From: Octopus sinensis
Taxonomy: Eukaryota
Assembly (NCBI RefSeq): GCF_006345805.1
Contig: NC_043007.1
Location: 50,592,001-50,656,000 of the forward strand
Length of the DNA: 64,000 nt
Direction: 5' to 3'
Made by a program: the position numbers and the translations under genes. The first letter of the stretch is position 1. Every line of letters begins with the position of its first letter. The notes below the pieces were generated by a model. The model saw nothing but the letters and a program-made list of their open reading frames with translations, was not told where the DNA came from and did no database searches. Below, piece after piece: positions 43,190 through 56,965 of the stretch.

Positions 43190-43600
43190 TGCATATAAGG
43201 GTACATGACGTCATAAAACGTAAACATGAAATACGAAATACGAAAACCTGGAATACGAATTTTTTTCGCAAACAACGAAAACAAGACAAGTAACGTAAAG
43301 AACGACCCTTCATCAGTTGTCGGATGTTTATCTTCTCCATATTTCGAGCAATTACCATAAGATGTGTCTTCGAGAAAACAGTTGCTCCCGCAAAGCAAAA
43401 TAGAATTTGGGATTTACGGAGGGTCAGAGTTGGTAACAAAAACAGGACAGTGAAAACAAAGGACTGCTAAGCCATAAGGAGGTGAGGTGACGTACGCTGG
43501 AGGAACAAGCTTTCACAGGAGAAAAGATAGAGAGGACAGACAAGAATGCGTGTGATCTGTGTGGCAGATCAAAAGGAAAGAAAGAAGCTGAAGTTAGGAA
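43190..43600 (-). mobile_element. PLE-like 3' end with decayed hammerhead-like motifs
   Basis: Minus strand has ...gctcgaaat...caactgatgaaggg..., and ends at a (TA)-rich run. Confidence 0.4.
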
Positions 43601-43627
43601 AAGAAACATATATATATATACACACAA

Positions 43628-43697
<70 letters not shown>

Positions 43698-43739
43698 GCA
43701 CACATATAGTTAATTAAAAAACAGAGAAAAAAAAGAAAA

Positions 43740-43975
43740 AACAAATGATCGTGGGGACATGGTACAGGCAATGTATTAAGACGCACGGAGAAAGAAAAGA
43801 GTAGTGGTTTTACGTTTCGAGCATAACTCTTCTTCGGAAAAAAGAAAGACAGGAAAGTTCAAGACGAAGGAGTAAAAGAATCATCAACAATCACGTGCAG
43901 TTACATTTTTGAAATGACCGGAAGAAGGAATGAAGGGAATGCTTTCTGGGACAGGGGAGTGTGAAAATAGTCAGT
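43740..43975 (-). mobile_element. PLE-like 3' end, same family as 16125-16380
   Basis: Minus strand cttccggtcatttcaaaaatgtaac...tccgaagaagagttatgctcgaaacgtaaa. It is preceded in element orientation by a CA-rich array (43976-44640). Confidence 0.6.
43808..43840 (-). ncRNA. Minimal type I hammerhead motif with a U4C core variant
   Basis: ttt-CCGAAGA-A-GAG ttatg CTC-GAAA-CG-UA-aaa. Helix III is the loop-less palindrome ACGU. Confidence 0.5.
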
Positions 43976-44775
43976 ATGTGTGTGTATTAGCATGTGTGTG
44001 TATGTGTGCGTTGTAGCGTGTGTGCGTGTGGTGGTAGCGTGTGTGCGTGTGGTAGTAACTGTGTGTGTGTACGAGGTAGCGTGTGCGAGCGTTGTGATGC
44101 GTGTGTGTGTGTTTGTGTGCATAATTTGTGTGTGCGCGCTGTAGGATCTGTGTGCGTGTGTGTTAAAGTCGCTCTGAGAGGCGAGCAGCTTAGTAACAGG
44201 TGTGTGAATGTGTGGGTGTGGCAGTGTGTGTGTGTGTGCGTGTGTAGATGGGAGGGTCAGTAGTGAGTCAGAGGCAGAGACAGTCTGAAGAGAGTGTGAG
44301 AGGGTAGGTGTAACTATGTAAATGGGTGGTTGTGAGTATGTGCGTGTATGTGTTGGCATGTGTGTGTATACGGAGTGGGGATGGGTATATGTGTGTGTGC
44401 ACATGTGTATTGGTCCGTGTATGTCTGTGTCTCTCTCTCTTTTACTCTCTCTCCCACTGTACATATAATTGTGTGTGTCCATGTGTTCGTGTGGAGATAT
44501 ATGGATTGGGGTGTTTCTATGTGCATGTTAGTGTGTGTGTGGAAGTGTATGTGCGTGCGTGTGTATATGTGTGCATATGAGTACGTTGTGTGTGTGTGTA
44601 TGTTATATGTGTGGAGGATTGTGTGTGTGAAGGTATATGTGGGTTCAACGAAATTTCCACAGAATAATGGCAAAAGTTATATGTGCATGGCTTTGTACAA
44701 GTATAAACAAACCACTGTCATTTGCATGATTTCTGCAGACTTTCATTGTTCCAAATTTTTATAATCGTGTAATCA

Positions 44776-45640
44776 TGGGTAGTAAATGAGACTTAACTGC
44801 TTCAGAGAAATCTGTTATTACTTCTGATCTTGCAATAGAAATGTCTGAAATAATTGGAAGATATCACCAAACAGTGAAAAAAATTGTTAGAGCTCCTACG
44901 AAGATACGTAAGAGAGCCGACAATGGTCGATCGAGAGCTGTTTCTTAACGTTTTCTGTCAAGAATTAAGCCTGAACCTGTAAAGAAGCCAGGTCTTACGA
45001 GAGGAGAACTTTTCAAGCGCATTGGCGAAACAACTATATCCAGAATTACCAGATGTTGTCTTCTGAAAAAGGTCGGTAAACCAGTGACAGTTAAATTATA
45101 CATACAAAATCATCTTAAATGGGCAGAAGATAACATGAATGTCGACTTTTCAAAAGTTTTGTTTACGGGCGAAATCGTGCTACCCTTGATGGTAGAGCAA
45201 AGGATAGGTTGTAAATGGACGAGATCATCATCAACACTGGAGACGCCAACAAGGGGGAAGAACATCATGATTTGGGTAGGTAATATTGAAGGCATTATGG
45301 TTGGTCCTTAGAAAGTGCCTAATGGTGTTAAAATGATTGCGGATTATTACTTAGCCTTTCTGAGGGAGCACCTTCAATCTTGATTTAAAAAACCATGCAA
45401 GATAATGAGCCCTTGCACTCAGCGAAGAAAACTACTGAGTATCTGCAACAATTGGGCTTTAGTGGACATCGGAAGCTGAAATGTCCTGCTTGCTAAACCC
45501 AATAGAAAACCAACTTAAACCCAATGGAAATCTTGTGGAGTTTTCTAAAGCGACGAATTAACGAGAATGAACGCCTATTTAGGAGCAAGGATGAACTGTG
45601 GTAGGAGATTCAGAAATTAGCATGGTCCATGGACCAGCAC
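44776..45640 (+). mobile_element. Tc1-like transposase pseudogene
   Basis: MGSK*DLTASEKSVI; HLKWAEDNMNVDFSKVLFTGE; IMIW...MVGP*KVPNGVKM; QDNEPLHSAKKT; LNPME. No clear TIRs were found. Confidence 0.78.
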
Positions 45641-46057
45641 CTTTTCCAATTTTATTTCAAACAAACGCTCATATATACCTTACTAAGCAGTTCACCTATC
45701 GTTTTTGAACGCTGTTTATTTGTTTATTTCTATTTCTTCCATGTTTATGAGTTTTAATTACACTTCGCTAATAATTTGAAACCGTGAAAGTTTACGTAAA
45801 TTGGTGGTTAAATGGCCACAGTTTCTGTGTTGTTTTATAGAATCTCCCGATTTTTACACACCACGCGCATATAACAAATGCCATCAGTTTGTGAAAATTT
45901 CATAGAATTCCAACGAGCAATCTTAAAATAAAAATATGTTACGTTGTTAATAATTTGAAACGCAACGTGTGTGTGTGTATACATATGTATATATGCATAC
46001 ATACACACACACATACACACATACATATATACATACATACATACATGCATGCATACA

Positions 46058-46088
<31 letters not shown>

Positions 46089-46227
46089 GTATATATATAC
46101 ATATACATATATATATACATATATATATACACACATATATATATATACATATATATACATATATACATATATATACATATATACATATATATATGTATAT
46201 ATATACATACATGTGTACGCATATATG

Positions 46228-46315
<88 letters not shown>

Positions 46316-49300
46316 CAGGCAATAATAACACAGGAAAACTCATGTTTCCACGGAGTGGAAATAAATGAAAGAGAAATATGTAAAGGATAAAAACAGATAC
46401 AAATCCAGTTTAGAGCATGTTTTAAGCAAAACTTTACTGTTTATGTCTACAAGTCTGCACTGTTTGTCTCTAAGAAAAGAACGATCATGGCATGAGTCGA
46501 AGGAGAAAAAATGTTATAGACTTGAGTTTATTCCCGATCGTTCAAGTCCTAAGCAACACCTAATACAAATTGACACACCCAGATTTTGGACAGTGAATGA
46601 TTTAATGTATTGCGTGGCGAAAAGTAGTAATCATCAGACATGAGGACTAACAGAGATTGATCGAAATGATAACACACGATCAAAATATGTCACCTCCCTC
46701 TTCAAATGAACATTGACAGAATTAGAGAAATATCAGACAATTGGATACTTTCTTTAGATATAAAGCAACTACTGAATTTATGAACAACTAGATGCAACTT
46801 TATGATAAGCTATCCAAAATCTACAAAACTACAATTGAGAGCCAAGCTAAGACCTTAATTGAAACTTATTGTTTCCAATGTTAATGGTAATTTAAAGACA
46901 CTAAACCAATAAGAGTCTGTATCTGTGCTTCTGCATATTTTTGCCTTAAATCCACTGTCACTTCTTTTATAAAAATGCAGTGGTTCTGTTAAATGATATA
47001 CAGTTACGAGATTCATTAAGATAATACACAATTTCTGGCGGGACAATCTTATATTTACACAAGAAATATTAATACATCCAACATAGAGACAACTAGATGG
47101 ATACATTGTAACAATCCTTCTATCAGCAGATAGAGGGTTGGAATTTGATTATATTTAAAATTTGAACACAGATAAAATGTTTCCCAAATTCAAACCCTAT
47201 ACAGTCTCATGTATAGAGAGAGAAAATAGCACCAACTCCTATCTTAACATTTCGTTCATTGTGTTAAGTAAGAGAATGTACAGTGTTCGTAAATACACAG
47301 CCCTTCCCCCACAACATATACACAAACACACACACACTCATAAACTCGATTTCTGTCTCTCTCGCGCGCGCACGCGCGCACATACACAGTCATATCCTCT
47401 TTTGTAATGTTTCTGTTTGTCAGGAAATGGTAAATAGAACAACAACAACCAAAAGTTAAATAAATATATATATAGAGAGAGAGAAAGAAGTAAAAGTAAC
47501 AGACCGTTGGAATAGTATGTAACAAATAACGAATATAACGAAACAAAAACAATTTAGTAATAAAGAAATTAATACGAAAAACAAGAAAATAAGGAATTGC
47601 AGGGGAATTTGTAAAGGAAATGTGTTGTGAGGTGCACCTCTGTGCATATCTGTGTATCGAAACGAAACCGGAAACAACGTGAAAAAATGTAAAAATATTA
47701 GAAACGAACAGACAAATAAACACGCGCGCACGCGCATATACACATATACACGTAGAAATGTTGATAAAGATACATGTGTTATGGAACAACAAGTTAAGAG
47801 AAAAAATGCAGAACGAAAATAAACAAGCGCATCAATGACTCTTCTTTACCCCTCACCAGGGTAGATAATTTACCATCGTTAATTATCTTTGCAAAGTCTG
47901 TAGGATCATGCGAAATTCTAATTGATTCCTGAAATAGCAATGAGTAACGGGAAATATAGAGGAATATTTTTATGTTTTGAAGTTAAAAATAAACATAGGG
48001 AGATGAAGCGTTTAGGCTTGATTTTGTTTCTTTTGCGCTCTCCCAGTTGCAAAGTCTTTTTTGTCCCCTTTATGAATTAGATAATTTGGTGGGACAGCGG
48101 TCTTGATGTGCTTTATGGCGCCGATATTGGTGAAAGGACTGTCAGATATAATCCTTAGATCTGTGATGTAACCTGATTATTTGTAACAACGTGGAGTCAA
48201 CTACAAACAACCAATGGCCGAGCGGGAGCATTGCATCCGACGACAGTTTTAGTGTACCATCAGTTAATAAGACCAAAACCTCTGATAGCCTTCTACTCAA
48301 CTTCTGTCAAAGTTTGCTGGCGTAGACTTGTTGACCCCAGGCTATAGTAGAAAACACTCACCCGAAGTGCAGCGGTGAAGAGTCGAGTAAGAAACCAAAT
48401 AGCTATGAAATGAACTTCGTAACCTTACAACTATACCTCCATACCTTACCCACACTGATATACCTACAAACTGTCACCGCACCATACCTTTACACCTTAA
48501 CTATACAGACTATTCCGGTACTTTAAAATGTTCCTGTAATGCAAAATGAGAAAATTCCTGCAAGCATTTTAAGGATCATAGCTAGATCGGCATCCCGATC
48601 TGGACTAAGATATAGCAGATTAAATAACCTCCAGGTACTTACCTGCGGCTCATTTTCATGATGTAAAATCAACCACAGAAAATAAATGGACTTACTATAA
48701 CGCAGCAAGACATTTAATCCAGTATAGAAACATGTGAATTAATAATTTCCGACATTGACTCATGATGTGGATGGGTCAATGCCAGTACATAACTGGTAGT
48801 TATTTTATAGAATCTCTACGGTGAGATTTATACTCATATTGTAAAGAGACGTAATTTAATACTACAAGGCATTTAATCAGTCTTTTATCATTTCTGGCAT
48901 TCTACCATCGTTGGTGATTCCTACTTTGGTTACTTTTAGTGTTTTCCAAACTCTGACCGGATGAAAAAACGATTCTACTGGAATTTGAACTCAGAAACTA
49001 AATACTATAGAAAGAACGAAAAAAAAAAACTACACACCATAGGTATCTCGTCGATCATTCTTTTGTATCTTTTAATTTTATGAAACAGCAAATTGACAAA
49101 AGTGTTAGAGCGACGTGTGTTCGAAATACCGCCGAGGTCAACTTTGCTTTTCCCCCATGCAGTATCAACAAATAGAAAAGGAGTTCTGTTTCAGGGGTCG
49201 ACTCTCTCTTTCTCTTTCTCTCTCTCTCTCTCCCTCTCTTTTTACTGTGTGTATGTATGAGCACGCGTGTGGGTGGGTGTCTTCCATTCTGTATATCTGT

Positions 49301-50419
49301 CTCTCCAGTTCTGTCTCATTATTGAAGAAAAAGGCTGGGATCACAACGACGTGGGCTCCGACATGTTTTAAAATGCCCAAGACACGACATATGTCAGGAG
49401 TTGAAAGGCAAAGACAAGCAACCTTTAACCAGTTACTTTAGACTACTTGTTAATAATAAGGTACTTCGTTATTCAGTATGCTACCTTCTAGTCTACAGGT
49501 AAATATGAGGTACTGACAGAACCACTGAAACGAGGGAAAAGTAATTTTCTGTGTATATTTAAATTCCTTTGCATTGTGCATTCAAATCCCATTTGGTCGA
49601 TTCTCACTTTTATCTCACTGACAGGATAAACTGAGAACAAATTCTGTGGTTGAATTGATCGGCTATACGTACACCATTCCACCTTCTTCATTAACTAAAA
49701 TTGACCTGTTCCGTTATTATAAACAATATTCTAGTTATACGTACAAGTTGGGTGAATACTAGAGGACAAAATGTCTTGTGGTATGTTATTAATTTCCTTT
49801 TCACTCTAATTTCAAAACTCGATGAGATCGAATATACTTTTTATCCTTCCAAGATCGTTAAAATAAGTATACAAGTGCCTTCTGAATTAGTTCTAACCAT
49901 CTTTTGATGAATTTTTAGTTCTGTGTGAATGCCACATATAAATATTCTAAAACTGATCTTTTTAAAAGCACTTGAAAGTTTACATAGATTAAAGGCGTTC
50001 CAGCAATTACGATCATGTCATTTTCTACGAGACTAGACTTGGATTAGAGGAAGACTTGATTGCTATTTCTAATGGGTCAAACGACTGAGTAGAGCCTGTC
50101 TCGTTAGTTTGACGCAGTGAATTTTGTACATTTAAATGTATTTTCCGTAAAGTTTCCTAAAATATAATAATTAAGGTACTTAAACTTCAGTTTTATCGTA
50201 TGTTTGAATGTGAGGATGTTGGGATGCTTATGACTTTTTGTAAAGTATTATTATCTCTAGAGGACAAAAGGATCGGAAAAAGAATCGAAAAATACATGGA
50301 GTTTTAACAAGAATTTATGAATTGACTATTATATGCCAAACAATTGCCTCTTCACCACCATTTCTTTCCATCTTTATGACCAACGCAGGGCGTTCGTAAA
50401 CCCATATCTATAGGGGCTT

Positions 50420-51290
50420 GAATTCCTTATCTTACAAATCAATGACGCGAATTTGCTGTCAAATCTGCCTGGTTATAGACTCCATTATCCCCTATCACTT
50501 GGCTCTGTGGCGTGTGCAGAAGGCATTTCTGATAAACATTATAAAAGCCCTTGTGTACCCCAGGAATCCGTTTTGTTCCACACATTCTTCATCTACTAGC
50601 CATCAGCTGCCGTAATGCCCACGCGTACATGATGCCAATCTTCATTCCTTCCTAACCTTCCTCCCTGGGGTTCTCATTGTCGCTCTATATGTTAGGCTCA
50701 CTATCGACAAGTGTCTCTCCTAACGAAAGTGCATCCTTGGACTGCAGTCACAACTGGCCCTTCTATTCTGGACTAGAAAATATTTCAGATCCCAATTATT
50801 GATGACACTTTTCAAAGATCAAAGAAGGCCCACAATGGCATATTGCTCTCACTTCTTGAACTGTGATACTGTTGCACACTCAGACATCTTGGACCACACT
50901 CTTAGAAAGGATATGGTCAGAAAACTGACAGGCATAAAATAACTCACAGACATGCTCCAATTTCGGGACCACAGGCATACTACCTCTTCTCTGACTTTTG
51001 TATTATTAAAATGATGGCCTCTGTTCTTTAGAGTAGCTGGTCTTACATCTCTCTCCTGCACTGCCGATCCATTCGTCCCCATCACTTAGCTGTATTCAAA
51101 CGCCTTGGCCCCACATTTTCTGAGTCCTTCTTACCCAGAACATTTCCCCTCTGGAATCTGCCTACTACTGTCATTTCTACACGAAATATAAATAGTATCA
51201 ATTCCATCGGACTTAGAGAGCCTGCAGATGTCTTAGGTGCTGTGACTTCCTCCAGACACAGTGTCTGGGAGGACCTATGCCTTCACCTAC
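50420..51290 (+). mobile_element. CR1/Jockey-superfamily LINE RT fragment
   Basis: gtgtacccaggaatccgttttg (GVPQGSVL-like); AHAY.DDANLHS (YADD-like); RPTMAYCSH; NDGLCSLE; SFLPRTFPLWNLP. Confidence 0.7.
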
Positions 51291-51661
51291 ATGAAACTAA
51301 TAAGCACAAATGAAATGTTTCGTGCAACTATGAAACATATTAAGCAGGGATCAGGAAATATGGTTTACGAGTTAACTTTAGTATCATTTCTTTTATTGTG
51401 AAGCCATTCCTAACCAAACAATAATTAGAGAGAATTGTGTTTATAAATGCATATATGGGTTTTGAATCAATCGAATAGCGCACGCACACACACACACACA
51501 AACAGACACACCCACATCCACACATGCACGTACACACGCACACACACACATACACATATGTATATATTGGTGTATATACATATATATATATATGATATTA
51601 TTTAAAGCAATTCGATTCCGCTCCATACGACTTGAAGTTTCGCTGGCTCCTAACAGAAAAT

Positions 51662-51890
51662 TGGTTCGAGTTCAGATTACCGAATGAAGAAATATAGGAA
51701 GTCCAAGATGGTTACGGTAAAATGGTCTGCTCTTAGTCAAGGCGAGTCACCTGATATTATTAGAAGAGGAATCAGCAAATTCGGCGACACCAGATGCATT
51801 ACAAAAGAGAATTTCTTGGACCGCGTCGCTGGACAGGATACTGGTGGTGCCTTGGTATCTGATGGGCCTTGTTAGAGTCTTGGAAGCTGA
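51662..51890 (+). mobile_element. Repeat family D
   Basis: ggttcgagttcagattaccgaatgaagaaatataggaagtccaagatgg...ccttggtatctgatgggcctt...ttggaag. Homologous to the minus-strand copy at 53103-53300. Confidence 0.7.
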
Positions 51891-52599
51891 CAGACGCAAG
51901 GCCAGAGAAAGTGTGTGTGTGTGTCTGTCTGTGTGTATGTGCGTAGGTGTGCGCGCGCGTACCAGATGTACGACTACGTGGATGTAGGATTATTATTGGT
52001 TTATGAGAGCGCGCGCGCGAGTGTGTGTGCGTCAATACGTGTGCGTTAGGGCCTGTTGTATACTGTTGCGTGCACGAAAGTACTTTGGATGCATGTATGG
52101 GTGTGTGTACGTAAGTATGCAATGCATTTGTGCATAGTGCGTGCACGTAGTTTGTGTAGAAGAACATATATATGTAGAAGAATGCATGTGTTTACGCCTG
52201 TTGTGCGCGTGTTTGTGTACATATATATTCATGCTTTTGGTATTTATGCGTGTGGATGTAACAGATGCATGCTAATGTTGTTGCAACAGCATTGCTGGAG
52301 GAGGAAAGTAGGCATTATACCGAGGTTCGGTGTTGTGGTGGAGGAAAAATAAGAGAAGTATACCTACGTAGATGTATGTGTGCGCGTGTGTATAAGTGTA
52401 TATGTGAGTTTGCTTGAGTGTGCACACCACGTTTATGATGGCGAATGTAAGGAGTTACATAAGATACACAAGCTTGTGGGATCAGTCTACAGTCTGCGTA
52501 AGTATTGGTAGTTAGGAACTCTCTTCTAGGTTGCTTAGCAGCTAGTGTTGAGGAGCAGCCAATGTTAAGATGGTGTACCTGGGTTGTCGGCGGTCAGTA

Positions 52600-53105
52600 G
52601 TTTGAAGTTCAGTTGGAGGGCGTACCTCTGAGGGCATCAATAAGATAGGCCGTGTTTCCTGTTAATAGAAGCAGTAGGTTATTGTAAGAATGTGCAGTTT
52701 TTCATGGAAGGAGGGCTGGCAAATGCAGGAGTCAGGTGAGTAGGGTGAGGCCATGTCAATAATGGTCTATTTCATGTTGGGGGAAGGGTTAATTCCAGAG
52801 GCTGCAGAGTCACCAGAGGAAACGAGAAAATGTTGGAATTCTCTTTAGCTCTACATCTAAAAGAGTGCATATGCTGTGTGTATCCTTCCTTGAAGCTATT
52901 GGCTGTCATGCTCATGTAGTGCCTCGTTATCCAATCCAATGGTGTGAGGGTGAATGTGTAAACTACAGCACTCGAGGGACAAAATCTTCTTAGAAGGTAG
53001 CTGGTAGGGTTTCGGAGTTACAGGTTGAGTTGGAGGTTCTGTGGGTGCATGTTTACGTCTGTTGTAGCGTGCAACGTTAGAAGCGATATTATCTAAGCAG
53101 GAGTA
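52600..53105 (-). mobile_element. Degenerate PLE GIY-YIG endonuclease relic, same type as the 59-kb element
   Basis: SYSCLDNIASNVARYN; TCN.RNPTS; SAVVYTF...HYMSMTANSFKEGYTQHMHSFR; IIDMASPYSPDSCICQPSFHEKLHIL; LLNR. Confidence 0.7.
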
Positions 53106-53300
53106 ACTTCCAAGTCTCTAGGAAGGCCCTCAGACACCAAAGCGCCTTGTGTCACTGAAATGCTGATCTCTCTTCTAACAACGCTATGTGATCTGCCTTG
53201 ACCAGTAGCAGCCCATTTTCCAGTAGAAATCTTGGACTTTCATTTGCCATCTCGGACTTCCTGTATTTTGTCATTCGGCAATTTGAACCTGAACAAACTA
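53103..53300 (-). mobile_element. Repeat family D
   Basis: Minus strand gttcaaattgccgaatgacaaaatacaggaagtccgagatgg...ctttggtgtctgagggcctt...ttggaag. Confidence 0.7.
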
Positions 53301-53362
53301 ACTCCTACTAAATGCATTTAGTGTATATATATATATGCATTATATATATACATGCATATACA

Positions 53363-53411
<49 letters not shown>

Positions 53412-54002
53412 GATGTGGAGACGGAGCACAAGATCCGAAACGATTAAGTGATTAGAAAACTCTTCATTTGCAAACTTATTAAAATTCAGAAAATTTAAGG
53501 AGATGCTAGCACTAAGTGACCTAATCTAAAAACCCAAATTTAGTTTCCGTACTTTCTTCATTAACAAATATTGGTAGAACACACACAAAATAACAACTCT
53601 ACTATATGGGATTGAACTGAGCTCTTGATTATAAAAGAACACTTCCTTAAGAAGTCTTTACCATTACAATTTTGTTTAAATGAATCTTTTGCCATAAATT
53701 TATTTGAAGAGGAGAAATGCATTCCGTGACTTTGATACATTTCTTAAAAGGATTGGGAAGTATGAAGCTGTTCTTATGAGAAATTGAAAGTGTGTCACGA
53801 CCTCAATTAGCCGAATAGTTATTAAGCGACAGTCATATAACGAGATAATAATAATTAAGGGAGAGAAGGGAGTAGGAGGTACAATTTATTTATGTATGTT
53901 TGTAATAAGGCTGTCGAAAGGAAATTTGATATCATACATATTGCAACGAACATAATTTTTTAATGTAGCAAAGATATCCATCAATATATAAACAGGCTAC
54001 TA

Positions 54003-54330
54003 AGGCGATGAGCTGGCAGAATCGTTAGCATCCGGGCAAAATGCTTAACGGTATTTCGCCTGTCTTTAGGTTCTAAGTTCAAATTCCGCCAAGTGCGACT
54101 TTGCTTTAATCATTTCGGGTCGATAAAATAAGTACCAGTTAAGCACTGGGGTCGATGTAATCGACTTACCCCTCCCTTGAAATAGCTGGCCTTGTAACAA
54201 AATTTGAAACTAATACATAAACGGATTTCAAATTCCGCCAAAGTCGACTATGCTTTTTATCCTTTCGAGGTCGATAAAATAAGTACCACTAGAGTATTGG
54301 TGTCGATGAAACCCTTGAAGTCATTGCCTT
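54003..54330 (+). mobile_element. SINE family A with a second internal-segment copy
   Basis: aaggcgatgagctggcagaatcgttagc. ttcaaattccgccaa...cgataaaataagtacca occurs twice. Confidence 0.8.
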
Positions 54331-55223
54331 TGGATTCAGGCGTACGTGTCTACCCTACCACATTGCATCCCAATAGAGTATACCACTCTTGTACGCAAAT
54401 CTCACAGACCACATAAATACTCCCATATAATTATACATCCACATACGCACAACCGCAAGAACATAACTACTAACTTAATCTAAGCACACGAACACCCAGA
54501 TACAGTAATACACACACTGTCGCTATTTAGCTTAACACACGACTAACTTTTCATGACTACACGCTATTTCACTCCGAAACACAATACACAAAGACATGAT
54601 GACATACAAATCCTATACAACATACGACTACATGAATTATTGAATTCACACATGCAGAGGCATAATTATTACAGTGCGTGTGTTGCATGTATTCGAGTGT
54701 GCTTGTGTGTAGGAGTGATTTGTGCATATATGTGTGTCTCTCTGAATTTTATTCTGAATTAACAAGGGTACCGAGATGCATTTCGAAAAGCGAGCCTTTT
54801 ACATAGATATATAAGTGTGAACAATTCTATGTACTATGCTGGATACATTTGTTGTTGGTCTGGCATGTTGATTTTTGTTCACTTTTATGTCTTGAATTAT
54901 GCTTGCACTGACGATTAAAAAGTGCATTTTGTGCACTAATTATGAAATCATATGATATGCAGCTGAATTGTGTTTTTAAAATGCTCGCTTCGAGAGTTGC
55001 ATTCCCTCGAGTTCGGTACAATGTGTTTATTTTTTATGGTAGTTTTGACTTTAAGAGTCCTTCTTAGCATAAGGCATTTATGTATAGTAATGTCCTTAAT
55101 ATAAGTAAATATATTTAAGAGGAAAAATTGTTGCATTTTTCCTTATGAGATTTTTCACGCTACTTAATAAATTCTTATAAAGATTTTATCCTATTTTTCA
55201 ATTGTGTGTGTATATATACATAC

Positions 55224-55287
<64 letters not shown>

Positions 55288-55514
55288 CCAATCTTAACTG
55301 GATGCAATCTATTGCATTATAAACATGGATACATCTACTATATATTCCTTCATATGTATTACACATCTATATAAATGAAAACATTTTCACATTTACCTAC
55401 ACACACACAGTGGTTTTAGGAGCTTCACTCTCACCACTCTCTCTTTTCCTCTCTCCTTATTTCATTCTTGCCAACCTACTCCAGCTCTTTTTCTCACTTT
55501 ATCCCTCTCTCAAG

Positions 55515-55702
55515 GCCAGTAATTTCGGGTGGGTGGGATAAATCGGTTACATCGCCCCCAATCTTCATCTGGTACTTATTCTATCGACCCCGAAAAGACG
55601 AAAGGTAAAGTCGACCTTTAAACTCAGGACTTGAAGTCAGACGAAATGCCGCTAAGCTTTTCGCCCGGCGCGCTAACGATTCTGCTGGCTTATCGCCTTT
55701 GC
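55515..55702 (-). mobile_element. SINE family A
   Basis: Ends gcgctaacgattctgctggcttatcgcctt. Confidence 0.75.
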
Positions 55703-56064
55703 GAGAGATATAAATATTGGTAACCAAATATCCATTTCATAAATATAAAAAAAAAATTTAATGAGATGTCTTTTAAATTTTAAGAAGATTCCTATAGGAA
55801 ACTTCTTAAGCGTATTTAGAACTTACTGGGAAAATTCCGACGTGAAACGGAATAATGTAATGTGTGAAGAGCTGAGTGCATACATATCCACCCATAACCG
55901 TGTATCTTTGTGTGTACGTACACACACACATACATTTATACGCACACATGTACATACACACACACATACATACATACATACATACATACATACATACATA
56001 CATACATACATACATACATACATACATTCATACATACATACATACATACATACATACATACATA

Positions 56065-56198
56065 CGTTGTGATTGCTCCATCTTCACAGACGATCGTCGG
56101 CTCTCAGCTTCTTTGTTGTCTACGGCATTTCTGATATTCCATTTATGGCTTCTCATATGACTATTTAGCCCCACTGATGATCTGCATGGTTTGATGCA
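56065..56198 (-). mobile_element. RTE-type LINE extreme 3' end (zinc-finger codons plus UTR) within (CATA)n
   Basis: CIKPCRSSVGLNSHMRSHK (C..C.S..GL.SH.R.H motif), then gatcgtc...gatggagcaatcac and a (tatg)n tail. Confidence 0.6.
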
Positions 56199-56479
56199 TG
56201 CATGCATGCATCCATCCATCCATACATACATACATACTACATACATACATACATACATACTACATACATACATACACACATACATACATACATACATACA
56301 TACATGTTGTTGATTTACGCTGGTTCGTTGTTACAAGCCTATGAATCGGCCTAAATGAATTACTGCACGTTATGTTTGTATTGAGTTTTTCTCCAAATCG
56401 TTCCTTAACAATGGCCATATGTTAGTGTGCGTGCGTATAATGTACATATGTATAGGAATATACATCCATACACACACAC

Positions 56480-56547
<68 letters not shown>

Positions 56548-56928
56548 CATATATATATATATATTTATATAATATATATATATATTATATATATATATAT
56601 ATATATGAATGTATGTATGTATAAATGTATACACACGAAAAGACATAAAGGAAGACAAATATAGGGTGTAAAGGGTTGTTAATAGTGCACCTAGCCCCGC
56701 CTTAAACTAAATATAACATCTTGGAATTATACTGGGAAAAATTATCCTGTGTTGTTGTTGTTTGGTTCTCGCAGCCTCATCTGTTAATAGTTAACAGTTT
56801 TAAATTACCAGTCACTAGTTGAGTTGATGTTTGAATCGTCAGTTTATCATCAGTCTCACTTCAATGCCATTGACATCCACTACCTCAATCACTACTGTCA
56901 TTCCCCCTCCTTCTCCTCCTCCTCCTCC

Positions 56929-56965
<37 letters not shown>

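Noticed and set aside
48534-48642. Minus-strand 109-nt intron-like segment (CAG|GTAAGT...ttttgcattacag|)
   Set aside because: All frames stop within about 12 codons of the acceptor, and a consensus donor is expected by chance in 128 kb. A non-coding transcript cannot be excluded.
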